From: a virus
Lineage: Duplodnaviria > Caudoviricetes
Length of the DNA: 36,531 bases
Reading direction: 5' to 3' (one strand)
Virus record (IMG/VR): IMGVR_UViG_3300011335_000561
Coordinates: 1 to 36,531 of that record
The notes below the pieces were generated by a model. That model made no database searches, was not told the DNA's origin, and was given only the letters and a program-made list of their open reading frames with translations. Within the stretch, counting starts at the first letter, position 1. Every line of letters begins with the position of its first letter. Below are positions 19,534 through 26,628 of this stretch, in pieces. The position numbers and the translations under genes were made by a program.

Positions 19534-19908
19534 TTATACTTTTCTAAGTGTACGTTCTTTTTTTACAGGTTCTTCTTTTGGTTCTGGTTCTTGTGTTCCT
19601 GGTCCAGGAATTAATACTTCATCTCCTAATTGTACACCAGCTTCTACTAGATCTGGGTTATTATCCAAATCTTCCTGTGTCACTGTATGAGGAATAGCTC
19701 CTTCTGGTACATCACTAGACTGACGTTGAGGGTTGGTGATTTGAGCAATCATACTCAAAGCTTTAAGCTCCTCCATTCTTTGTACAGCTAACTGTGTGTT
19801 CAAGTTTTGTAATTCAACTTGAACTTTCTTCACTTCAATTTGTTCAGATAGAAATTTAATAACTTCTTCTTTAGTTGGAGCTTGTTGCTCTGTCTGTTCT
19901 TTTGTCAT
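19534..19908 (-). CDS. Hypothetical protein
   Basis: Coiled coil plus HTVTQEDLDNNPDL..GVQLGDEV module. Confidence 0.75.
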   Translation of the reverse strand: MTKEQTEQQAPTKEEVIKFLSEQIEVKKVQVELQNLNTQLAVQRMEELKALSMIAQITNPQRQSSDVPEGAIPHTVTQEDLDNNPDLVEAGVQLGDEVLIPGPGTQEPEPKEEPVKKERTLRKV

Positions 19909-19916
19909 GGTTTTTT

Positions 19917-20171
19917 TTATTTAAGTGTTAATAGTTTTACTACATTCATTTGAGCATTAAGAATTTCTCCTATAGTATGTTCTGCTAATCTTTTACGTAA
20001 TAAATCATCATTACTTGTTGACAATTTATTGTCATCATTATTGAGATGATTGACCAATAGATCAGCAAGTTCAGCACACAGCTCTTTAGCTTTTTGTTCT
20101 TTAGGATCACTACTAGGGGTAACTGTTAGTCCTACTAACCTTTCCCCAAATGTCATTTTTTTTGGTTCCAT
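19917..20171 (-). CDS. Acb2/Tad1-like helical-hairpin protein
   Basis: TFGE..VG...PS.D..QKAKE.CA.L.D...R......I..AQM.VVK.LT resembles Acb2-type sponge proteins. Confidence 0.55.
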   Translation of the reverse strand: MEPKKMTFGERLVGLTVTPSSDPKEQKAKELCAELADLLVNHLNNDDNKLSTSNDDLLRKRLAEHTIGEILNAQMNVVKLLTLK

Positions 20172-20181
20172 TGTTTTTTAA

Positions 20182-20481
20182 TTATAAATCTAAATCATTA
20201 TCTGAGCCTGGGGAATCTTCCTCTATATTATAATAAAATTCTTTAAACTTCTTAAAGAACTCTTTATAAGGAGTGTCTATAATATAAGTGTCCCCTCCCT
20301 TAGTATATATAGAAGTACACCCATACATAGGATCATCCTCTTCATCTGATGTAAGCTTGGCTGCCTCAATACATTCCATATCAATTATAAAAGGCATCCA
20401 CTTACCCTTATCCTCCATACCAAGAGCCTCTAGCTTAGAGAGGTCTAAAGATACACATTGTAAATTACATTCATGTAGCAT
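20182..20481 (-). CDS. Hypothetical acidic protein
   Basis: 99 aa in operon. Confidence 0.7.
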   Translation of the reverse strand: MLHECNLQCVSLDLSKLEALGMEDKGKWMPFIIDMECIEAAKLTSDEEDDPMYGCTSIYTKGGDTYIIDTPYKEFFKKFKEFYYNIEEDSPGSDNDLDL

Positions 20482-20482
20482 A

Positions 20483-20686
20483 TTATATATTAGTTTGTTG
20501 TTTAGGAGAAACTGAATACCTGTTGTAACTTATGTACCTACTCTTATTATTACCCTTAATAATACCAGCCACCATCATTCTTTCTGTTATCCCATCCCTT
20601 ACATCAATAACAGGAATCACTTTCTTTAAGCCATCCCTATTTATACTTTCTCTATAATGGGAACTTGTGTGTGGAGTCTTACTCAT
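20483..20686 (-). CDS. Hypothetical protein, first gene of the minus-strand block
   Basis: 67 aa; preceded by an AT-rich promoter-like motif. Confidence 0.6.
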   Translation of the reverse strand: MSKTPHTSSHYRESINRDGLKKVIPVIDVRDGITERMMVAGIIKGNNKSRYISYNRYSVSPKQQTNI

Positions 20687-20724
20687 AATACAATATACTT
20701 TAAATGTTTAAACTTAGCAAATTT
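20687..20724 (-). promoter_or_regulatory. Putative late promoter AAATTT-N5-GTTTAAA..GTATATT
   Basis: Similar motif on the minus strand at ~9818-9851, upstream of the scaffold/capsid genes. Confidence 0.45.
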
Positions 20725-20946
20725 ATTATTATAATTTTCATACTCCCATATAAAGATATGCCCCCATGTTAATAACATATAATACACCCCCCTCCCTCTT
20801 TCTTATACTAATTTTTTATATTAATTTTTTTTGTAGAAAAAAGTTTGATGTTAGAGAATGGGGTTGCCTATCCCTTAACCGACCCTACCCTAATTTCGGC
20901 AAGCGGGTAACCCCCATTAACAAACTTGCCGTTAAAACTAAATAAA

Positions 20947-21240
20947 ATGATTACAAAAGGTAAAATTGTAGAAAAAAAAACAAGTCTTATTAGTGTACAA
21001 ACTACTGATGGAACAGTTAATGTTAGTCTTCATAAACACGGATTAGTGTTTTTAAAACTGTCTTCTAAAAATGTTGGTGATGAAGTTGAACTTGATTGTG
21101 ATAAATCAGATGTTGCTCAAGGTTATTCGGGTAATATTTATTTAACTCAAACTAATAGAGTTAGTGAAAGTTTAATTAAAGCAAAAGAATTAATGTTAAA
21201 AGAACATAATTTAAATAATGCAATAAAAGGATTAGATTAA
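20947..21240 (+). CDS. Hypothetical beta-barrel-like protein, first plus-strand gene
   Basis: ATG at 20947 after an A-rich leader; followed by a terminator. Confidence 0.7.
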   Translation: MITKGKIVEKKTSLISVQTTDGTVNVSLHKHGLVFLKLSSKNVGDEVELDCDKSDVAQGYSGNIYLTQTNRVSESLIKAKELMLKEHNLNNAIKGLD

Positions 21241-21241
21241 T

Positions 21242-21268
21242 AAAAGGGGTGAAAAACCCCTTTTTTTT
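21242..21268 (+). terminator. Rho-independent terminator
   Basis: AAAAGGGGT-GAAAA-ACCCCTTTT + T-run. Confidence 0.85.
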
Positions 21269-21347
21269 ATATATATACACTATATAACATTCCTTCCTAC
21301 TTACATTCTTATTCTTATTCTTATTCACACATTAAATTCATTTAACA

Positions 21348-21485
21348 ATGAAACAAGTAACTCTTACATTTAGAGAATGGGATACCTTTAGACAAATTGC
21401 TAAGTTTATTTATGACTTTACAGTTAACAAAGACTCTGTTATAGTTAATTGTGAAGCTCATTACTTAGAGCCATTAGGTTATTAA
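21348..21485 (+). CDS. Small hypothetical protein (45 aa)
   Basis: MKQVTLTFREWDTFRQIAKFIYDFTVNKDSVIVNCEAHYLEPLGY*, AACA-ATG leader. Confidence 0.6.
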   Translation: MKQVTLTFREWDTFRQIAKFIYDFTVNKDSVIVNCEAHYLEPLGY

Positions 21486-21494
21486 CCCTACAAT

Positions 21495-21535
21495 AAGACC
21501 TGTATATATTATACATATATATGTGTACAGGTCTT
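21495..21535. repeat. Inverted repeat with (TA)n core
   Basis: AAGACCTGTATATAT / ATGTGTACAGGTCTT. Confidence 0.7.
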
Positions 21536-22379
21536 TACACTATTGACATTAATTCTTATTAATAACTTAACGTGTTACCTTAGTAGGCAAGAGCATCTTT
21601 TGAAATGATATATAAAGCTTGTCTATTAATACTAACTAGTAGGGGTCTTACAACTATGATAGAAGGAAATAGCTTACTCCATTGTAGACAATAGCCTTTA
21701 AGCCGTAATAAGTTTAAAGGCTTTCTTATATTATTTAAGAATAAATAAAGTTGTCTCCAGCCTGTGGACAAAGTAGACTTTGGTATTGATAATCAGTTAG
21801 TTATAAAAATAGTTTTTAGTGATTATGAGTGTGTATGGGAGTGGGTGAAAAGACACAGAGCTATCTATTAACACACAAAAAGTGCTCTAAAAAATAAAAA
21901 AATGGCGGATAAGATGGCTATAACTCTTGAGAGCTGAATAAACTCTTACAAACTTGTGGGGCTTCTATGTTATTTATATATAGTATTATCAGTACTAGAT
22001 ATATATTCAAACACTCTGATAAGGTGTTAATAACAAGATGGTGCAGACTTAAAAATCAAGTAGTGCTTATATATAGGGAATAACAGAAACCTATTTATTT
22101 AGCTCTTTAAGGCAGTAATGTCCAAAATCTGTAATGTTGTACAAACCACCTCAACATTTAGTCTATAGGTTTGTGGTAAACCTAATTAATAATCTATTTA
22201 TCTATAAGGATAAATTAGATGCTTCTTATGTTTAGATGTTAGACCGTCACTTCTTTTATGGTTAAAGGAAGATACATTAGGAGTTTTATATTAAACAAAT
22301 CAAAAGCAAGGGCTGAGACCACAGCCCAAAAGTCCTAACTCAAAACCTCTGTCTGTAGGTATATACAGATACAACAATT

Positions 22380-22646
22380 ATGTCTCCAAGAGATTTATTA
22401 TTAAATGCATGTAAGGATCATATGAATATTAACATATCTGATATTAAAGTGGTTTATGAAGAGTATATTCAGTATTTTTATTCTATGGGTAGTTCTAGAT
22501 ATTTTATAACAATATCTAAAGATAGACTTGCAACTGGTATTATTAATGAAGATGGTAACACTTATGCTAGTGGATTATTTATAGATGTTATTAAATATCT
22601 TATAGATAATTACAGTAAAGTTAATTTTAATGAGATGCAGGCTTAA
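22380..22646 (+). CDS. Hypothetical protein
   Basis: 88 aa, followed by a terminator. Confidence 0.65.
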   Translation: MSPRDLLLNACKDHMNINISDIKVVYEEYIQYFYSMGSSRYFITISKDRLATGIINEDGNTYASGLFIDVIKYLIDNYSKVNFNEMQA

Positions 22647-22655
22647 CAACTCTTT

Positions 22656-22695
22656 AAGTTCAGGGGAGACAACTTCAAACCTGAACTTTATTTTT
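22656..22695 (+). terminator. Terminator (paralog of 24547-24590)
   Basis: AAGTTCAGG/CCTGAACTT + T-rich tail. Confidence 0.7.
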
Positions 22696-22727
22696 CCTAG
22701 GCTTTAATTTATTCACATTTTAAAACA

Positions 22728-22975
22728 CTCTGTCTGATCAACAGGGGCTTGACTATAGTGGTCTTGCAGGAATAAGAGTTATGGGTAACAACCATAAATG
22801 TTGATTATGACTCATACAAAAGGTGAAGACCATTCCTATTAGGATGAAACTAATCCTATAAATCAACTATAGGTTTCCCTGGAAAACTGGTTATTAAGGA
22901 ATCATAGTTAACACTCATATTGTCTGATGTATCAGAAGTGTTCTACCTTTTTACCAGTTTTTACGGAATAAGGAA
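22728..22975 (+). ncRNA. Candidate structured non-coding RNA(s)
   Basis: AGTGGTCTT/AAGACCATT, TTATGG/CCATAA, TAGGAT/ATCCTA, GTTGATT/AATCAAC (crossing), AAAACTGGT/ACCAGTTTT, AACACT/AGTGTT. Confidence 0.5.
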
Positions 22976-23020
22976 GCAATAGAAAATAATATTTATTCAC
23001 AATTAAAAAACAAATATATT

Positions 23021-23338
23021 ATGCAAGTTTATCAAGTTTATAAAAACTATCAAGCAAATGATAATGATGATTGGAGTCGTTGGTGTGGAAATGAATCAAT
23101 TTCCTTTCATAGTTCTATAGAAGGAGTTTCCTCTAAGATTAAGTCTCTTATAGATGAAGAATTTAAAAGATTTGAAAATATTAAATCTTTGAACCCTCAT
23201 TTAAATGATAATCATTGGAGAAACCAAGAGAGTAATGTTAAAAATAATATTATTGTTATTTCCGAGGGATTTGGTAGTTCTTGCTCTTTTGAAGAATATC
23301 CTATATATGATTATAGGGTGATTGATGTTTTAGACTAA
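23021..23338 (+). CDS. Hypothetical protein
   Basis: 105 aa, A-rich leader. Confidence 0.7.
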   Translation: MQVYQVYKNYQANDNDDWSRWCGNESISFHSSIEGVSSKIKSLIDEEFKRFENIKSLNPHLNDNHWRNQESNVKNNIIVISEGFGSSCSFEEYPIYDYRVIDVLD

Positions 23339-23340
23339 CT

Positions 23341-23417
23341 AATAAGGTGCTATAAAGTGTCATACTAACCTGAACATAGAAATATGTCATAATTAGTGGA
23401 TGGACAGCCTTATTTTT
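23341..23417 (+). terminator. Extended hairpin with U tail
   Basis: AATAAGG/CCTTATT enclosing ACTAA/TTAGT and ACATA-GAAA-TATGT. Confidence 0.5.
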
Positions 23418-23611
23418 ATTAATGCACCATTCTCAAGTGGATATGAAGACTTCTTAGTTTTTAGGAAGCTGGGTTTAAACCAAAAGCTTAACTCTTGTAA
23501 AATATCTAAGATGTGAAACCACACTGATCATTAAATGTTAATGGCTATTATCAGTCAACCTCTGTTAATCAGTTTCCCAAGGGTGATAAAAAGATTTATT
23601 TTCCTAAACCC

Positions 23612-23642
23612 TTGGGAATGTGGTTTTATTGTTGTATCTTTG
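23612..23642 (+). promoter_or_regulatory. Bacteroidota sigma-A-type promoter (-33 TTG, -7 TATCTTTG)
   Basis: TTG 23612-14, 20-nt spacer, TAnnTTTG 23635-42, 4 nt before ATG 23647. Confidence 0.7.
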
Positions 23643-23646
23643 TAAC

Positions 23647-24177
23647 ATGATTACAATATACAAAATAACAAGTCCTACTGGTAAAATATATGTTGGACAA
23701 ACAAAAGATTATAAAAAAAGAATGAATTTATATAAAATTCTACATTGTAGAACTCAATATAGATTACATAACTCTTTGAAAAAATACGGTTTTGCAAATC
23801 ATATTTGTGAAATCATAGAAGAAATTTGTGATACAGTAGCAGATGAAAGAGAGCAATATTGGATTGCTTTTTATAAATGTTATTGGAAAGATGAAAATAA
23901 AGGTCTTAATCTCAATAGAGGAGGAAATAGACCTAAACATACAGAAGAAACAAAGAAAAAACTTTCTGAAATGTTTTCTGGTTCTAAACATGGTAAAGCT
24001 AAAAAACTATATCAATATACTCTCGATGGAGTATTTGTTAAAGAATGGTTTTGTATGAAAGATATAGAACGAGAATTTAATTATAAAACAACCTGCTTAT
24101 CTAAAGCAGCTAAAAATAATAGTAAAACTGCTTATGGATATAAGTGGTATTATGAACCTCAGCACGAGCAGTTGTAA
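23647..24177 (+). CDS. GIY-YIG homing endonuclease with NUMOD3/NUMOD1 domains
   Basis: TIYKITSPTGKIYVGQT..R, EQYWI..LN, KHTEETKKKLS, LYQYTLDG.FVKEW..TAYGYKW. Confidence 0.9.
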   Translation: MITIYKITSPTGKIYVGQTKDYKKRMNLYKILHCRTQYRLHNSLKKYGFANHICEIIEEICDTVADEREQYWIAFYKCYWKDENKGLNLNRGGNRPKHTEETKKKLSEMFSGSKHGKAKKLYQYTLDGVFVKEWFCMKDIEREFNYKTTCLSKAAKNNSKTAYGYKWYYEPQHEQL

Positions 24178-24299
24178 TTTGTGGTTGTCTATATGCAATC
24201 TATAAATTATCTTCTCGAAGGTAAACACTTTACAACTGAGTGCAGAGGGATATTTTTATTTAAACTCAAAAATGCCTAACAGAGCTTATCTGTATTACT

Positions 24300-24539
24300 A
24301 TGTTTAAAATAGGACAAACTGTAAAATTAATATCTAAAACGTTAGATGTTAATTCTGAATTTCATTATGGTCAAGAGTTTAAAATAGTTGCTGTTAATAA
24401 TCCTTCAGATAATACAGTGATTAGTATAAACTTAGTAACCAGCAACCCTAAACTTTGGGAAATAATTTCAGAAAATTTTGTAGACTATAATGATTTACCT
24501 GAGTCTATGGAATATGGTAATAACGAACTTAATAGTTAA
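24300..24539 (+). CDS. Hypothetical KOW/SH3-like protein
   Basis: FKIGQTVK start; followed by a terminator. Confidence 0.65.
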   Translation: MFKIGQTVKLISKTLDVNSEFHYGQEFKIVAVNNPSDNTVISINLVTSNPKLWEIISENFVDYNDLPESMEYGNNELNS

Positions 24540-24546
24540 TCTCTTT

Positions 24547-24590
24547 GAGTTCAGGGGATATGTAGAAATATATGTTCCTTGAACTTTTTT
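24547..24590 (+). terminator. Terminator (paralog of 22656-22695)
   Basis: GAGTTCAGGGGATAT/ATGTTCCTTGAACTT + T-run. Confidence 0.75.
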
Positions 24591-24597
24591 AACTACT

Positions 24598-24995
24598 TAA
24601 TGCATTCTTCTAATAGTATAAGCATCTTATTATAGGCTGCTCACTTTGCAAGGTAAGGCTTACACAAATCCTGCACCAGAGGACAACCGTTAAGACAACC
24701 ATTTGAGAACTGAGTTAGTTGAAAGACTAAGGAAGCTATAAGATGTGATACTAGCTGATTAATCCTGTACCCTTGAAAAACTCGTATTATTCAAAAGGGG
24801 TCATACTCAGAATTGGCACACCTACTAAAGAAGGTGACAGTGTTTGGGCACATTTGATAGATAAGCAGGAATTAAAGGGGTAGAAAACTAATCAGTTTCT
24901 AGGAGAATAGTGTAATATAAATCAAAGGGTTAGCCACAAAAAAATAACTTAGGTAGAGGGTTAGGAACTACCATTATTACACTAAATGCATAAAG
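24598..24995 (+). ncRNA. Large (~400 nt) structured RNA, paralog of 23417-24252
   Basis: UGCAUU/AAUGCA closing helix, UUCUUCUA/UAGGAGAA, CAUCUUAU/AUAAGAUG, AGCUGAUUA/UAAUCAGUU, UAGUGUAAUA/UAUUACACUA, GAAA tetraloop; no ORF. Confidence 0.65.
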
Positions 24996-24997
24996 AC

Positions 24998-25031
24998 AAA
25001 CTCCTTAATAGAAATATTAGGGAGTTTTTTT
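24998..25031 (+). terminator. Terminator closing the large RNA
   Basis: AAACTCCTTAATA-GAAA-TATTAGGGAGTTT + T-run. Confidence 0.85.
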
Positions 25032-25059
25032 ATTAAATAACAATTAAAAACAAACTAAT

Positions 25060-25353
25060 ATGAATTTTACAAGAATCAATGTTCCAATATTTAATGTTGT
25101 ATGTAAAACAACAAATCAATCAACTAATGAAGAACAAATTGATTTAGTTCAATTAAATGAATATGAACTAAGAACATTACAATATGAAGTTGGAAAAGGA
25201 ATACACCCTGATAAACAATTTAAAGTTATTGATAGTGACTTATTTGTAGCCACAATTGAACCTACAGGGTATTTAAGTAAAGAACTAAAAGGAATGAGTT
25301 TATCTCAAACATTAGCAATATCCTTAGTAGGATTAACAGGTAAACGATATTAA
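25060..25353 (+). CDS. Hypothetical protein
   Basis: 97 aa, A-rich leader. Confidence 0.7.
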   Translation: MNFTRINVPIFNVVCKTTNQSTNEEQIDLVQLNEYELRTLQYEVGKGIHPDKQFKVIDSDLFVATIEPTGYLSKELKGMSLSQTLAISLVGLTGKRY

Positions 25354-25375
25354 AAACAATTAAAAATTAAAAACA

Positions 25376-25585
25376 ATGAAATATTCAAACACAAGAATGT
25401 TTATAGAATACATTCTAATTGCATTTGCTTCCTATCTTATTCTATCTCTAGTTGTTACCATTATAGGTGGGCATACATATAGAGAAGTATTATGTTCTTT
25501 CTTTCAGCTTTATGCTGTTATGTTCCTTTATTGGTGGATTCCAATATTTAGAATAGTTGATATGGAGAAAGAAAATGACCAATAA
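25376..25585 (+). CDS. Small two-TM membrane protein
   Basis: Two hydrophobic segments. Confidence 0.7.
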   Translation: MKYSNTRMFIEYILIAFASYLILSLVVTIIGGHTYREVLCSFFQLYAVMFLYWWIPIFRIVDMEKENDQ

Positions 25586-25602
25586 CAATTAAAACAAACA
25601 AT

Positions 25603-26028
25603 ATGCAGAATGAATTTGTTCCTTATACTGAAGCATTAGCTTTAAAAGAATTAGGATTTGATGAACCATGTTTTTATAGATATAATCATCACGGAACAGC
25701 AGAACCAGACATTAAAAGAGATGGAAAATTAGTAAATAATCGCAAATGGGAGAAGTTTGGGGATTATGATGATTGTGTAGGAGCACCACTATACCAACAA
25801 GCATTCCGTTTCTTTAGAGAGAAGTATAATTTACAACATGAGATATACTATCTTGATGATTTAATTAAAAATGGTTACAAAGTTACAGACACTTCAACAA
25901 ACACAGAACTTACAGAATTTCAATACAAGCATAATTACTTTGAATTAGGTGGCTATGACTTTGAAGAAGCAGAACTTGAATGTCTTAAACAACTAATAAA
26001 AATAGTAAAAAACCAAACCAAAAATTAA
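25603..26028 (+). CDS. Conserved hypothetical phage protein
   Basis: EFVPY..ALALKELGFDEPC..APLYQQAFRFFREKY..EEAELECL. Confidence 0.8.
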   Translation: MQNEFVPYTEALALKELGFDEPCFYRYNHHGTAEPDIKRDGKLVNNRKWEKFGDYDDCVGAPLYQQAFRFFREKYNLQHEIYYLDDLIKNGYKVTDTSTNTELTEFQYKHNYFELGGYDFEEAELECLKQLIKIVKNQTKN

Positions 26029-26060
26029 TTTAAAACAACAAAAAACAAAATCAAAACAAC

Positions 26061-26186
26061 ATGAAAAAAGAATTAACACCAGGAAAAATATTCCTAATTG
26101 TAATACTAATTATTGGTATGTGTAGCTGTAGAAGAGAATCTTGTCCTTCACATGATAGTAAATGGTTCTATAACAATAGAATGTAA
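26061..26186 (+). CDS. Small lipoprotein-like peptide (41 aa)
   Basis: MKKELTPGKIFLIVILIIGMCSCRRESCPSHDSKWFYNNRM*. Confidence 0.55.
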   Translation: MKKELTPGKIFLIVILIIGMCSCRRESCPSHDSKWFYNNRM

Positions 26187-26197
26187 AATAAAATTTT

Positions 26198-26407
26198 ATG
26201 ACACAAAAAACAAATGAACAAGGACAAAAAGTCTATGAAGTGTTAAGTGAAGAATATATTAAGCTTAAAGAATTAGAACTTAATGAAATTAATTGGAAAA
26301 TTAGTGAATTTAAACATAGCATATCTAATGCTAAAGAATATTCTGATTTATTAAATAAGTCTGGTGAACTGTATTCTCATATAGAAGATTTAAAAGCAGA
26401 GCTTTAA
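26198..26407 (+). CDS. Hypothetical coiled-coil protein
   Basis: 69 aa. Confidence 0.65.
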   Translation: MTQKTNEQGQKVYEVLSEEYIKLKELELNEINWKISEFKHSISNAKEYSDLLNKSGELYSHIEDLKAEL

Positions 26408-26415
26408 ACAATATT

Positions 26416-26628
26416 AAATTCTCTCATAACTGAATAATCAATAGTAAATCAGTCAACAAGATGGAATAAAGCAATGAGATATGTCCTAGTCTCACGGTTT
26501 ACAGTAGAAGCTAAATCTACGTTATTGATTGGTAAGATAGACAGAAGAAGTGGAATTAACCACTGGGACGGGACTAAATGTACCTGATGTTTATTCCATA
26601 TTTAGCATTGTGGATTATGAGAGAATTT
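26416..26628 (+). ncRNA. Pseudoknotted structured RNA
   Basis: Perfect 14-bp closing AAATTCTCTCATAA/TTATGAGAGAATTT; ATGGAATAAA/TTTATTCCAT; crossing AATCAATA/TATTGATT and GTCCTAGT/ACTGGGAC. Confidence 0.65.

Larger units (their letters stand above)
23417..24252 (+). ncRNA. Expanded twister-type ribozyme interrupted by a homing endonuclease gene
   Basis: UAA-UGCA-CC (23420-28), UCCCAAGG (23575-82), P5 CAGUUGUAA/UUACAACUG (24169-77/24230-38), AG-UGCA-GA-GGG (24239-49); T1 CCC/GGG and T2 CC/GG complementary. Confidence 0.6.

Noticed and set aside
5553-20515. Plus-strand ORFs inside the late block (5553, 5781, 9198, 9409, 9923, 10374, 14174, 16684, 17300, 19466, 20288) and alternate-frame ORFs 10120, 11461, 17305
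   Set aside because: Shadow frames of well-supported genes, with no motifs or leaders
21305-21326. (ATTCTT)n short tandem repeat or CRISPR-like array
   Set aside because: Only ~3.5 hexamer units; no repeat-spacer periodicity seen anywhere in the window
23510-23560. Hammerhead ribozyme suggested by GAAAC..CTGATCA
   Set aside because: Core is CUGAUCA not CUGANGA, and the spacing cannot form stems I-III
23417-24252. Group I/II intron or retron msr-msd around the second GIY-YIG gene
   Set aside because: No recognisable P7 (R/S) or domain V motifs, no interrupted host ORF, no reverse transcriptase in the window; the twister pattern explains the ends better
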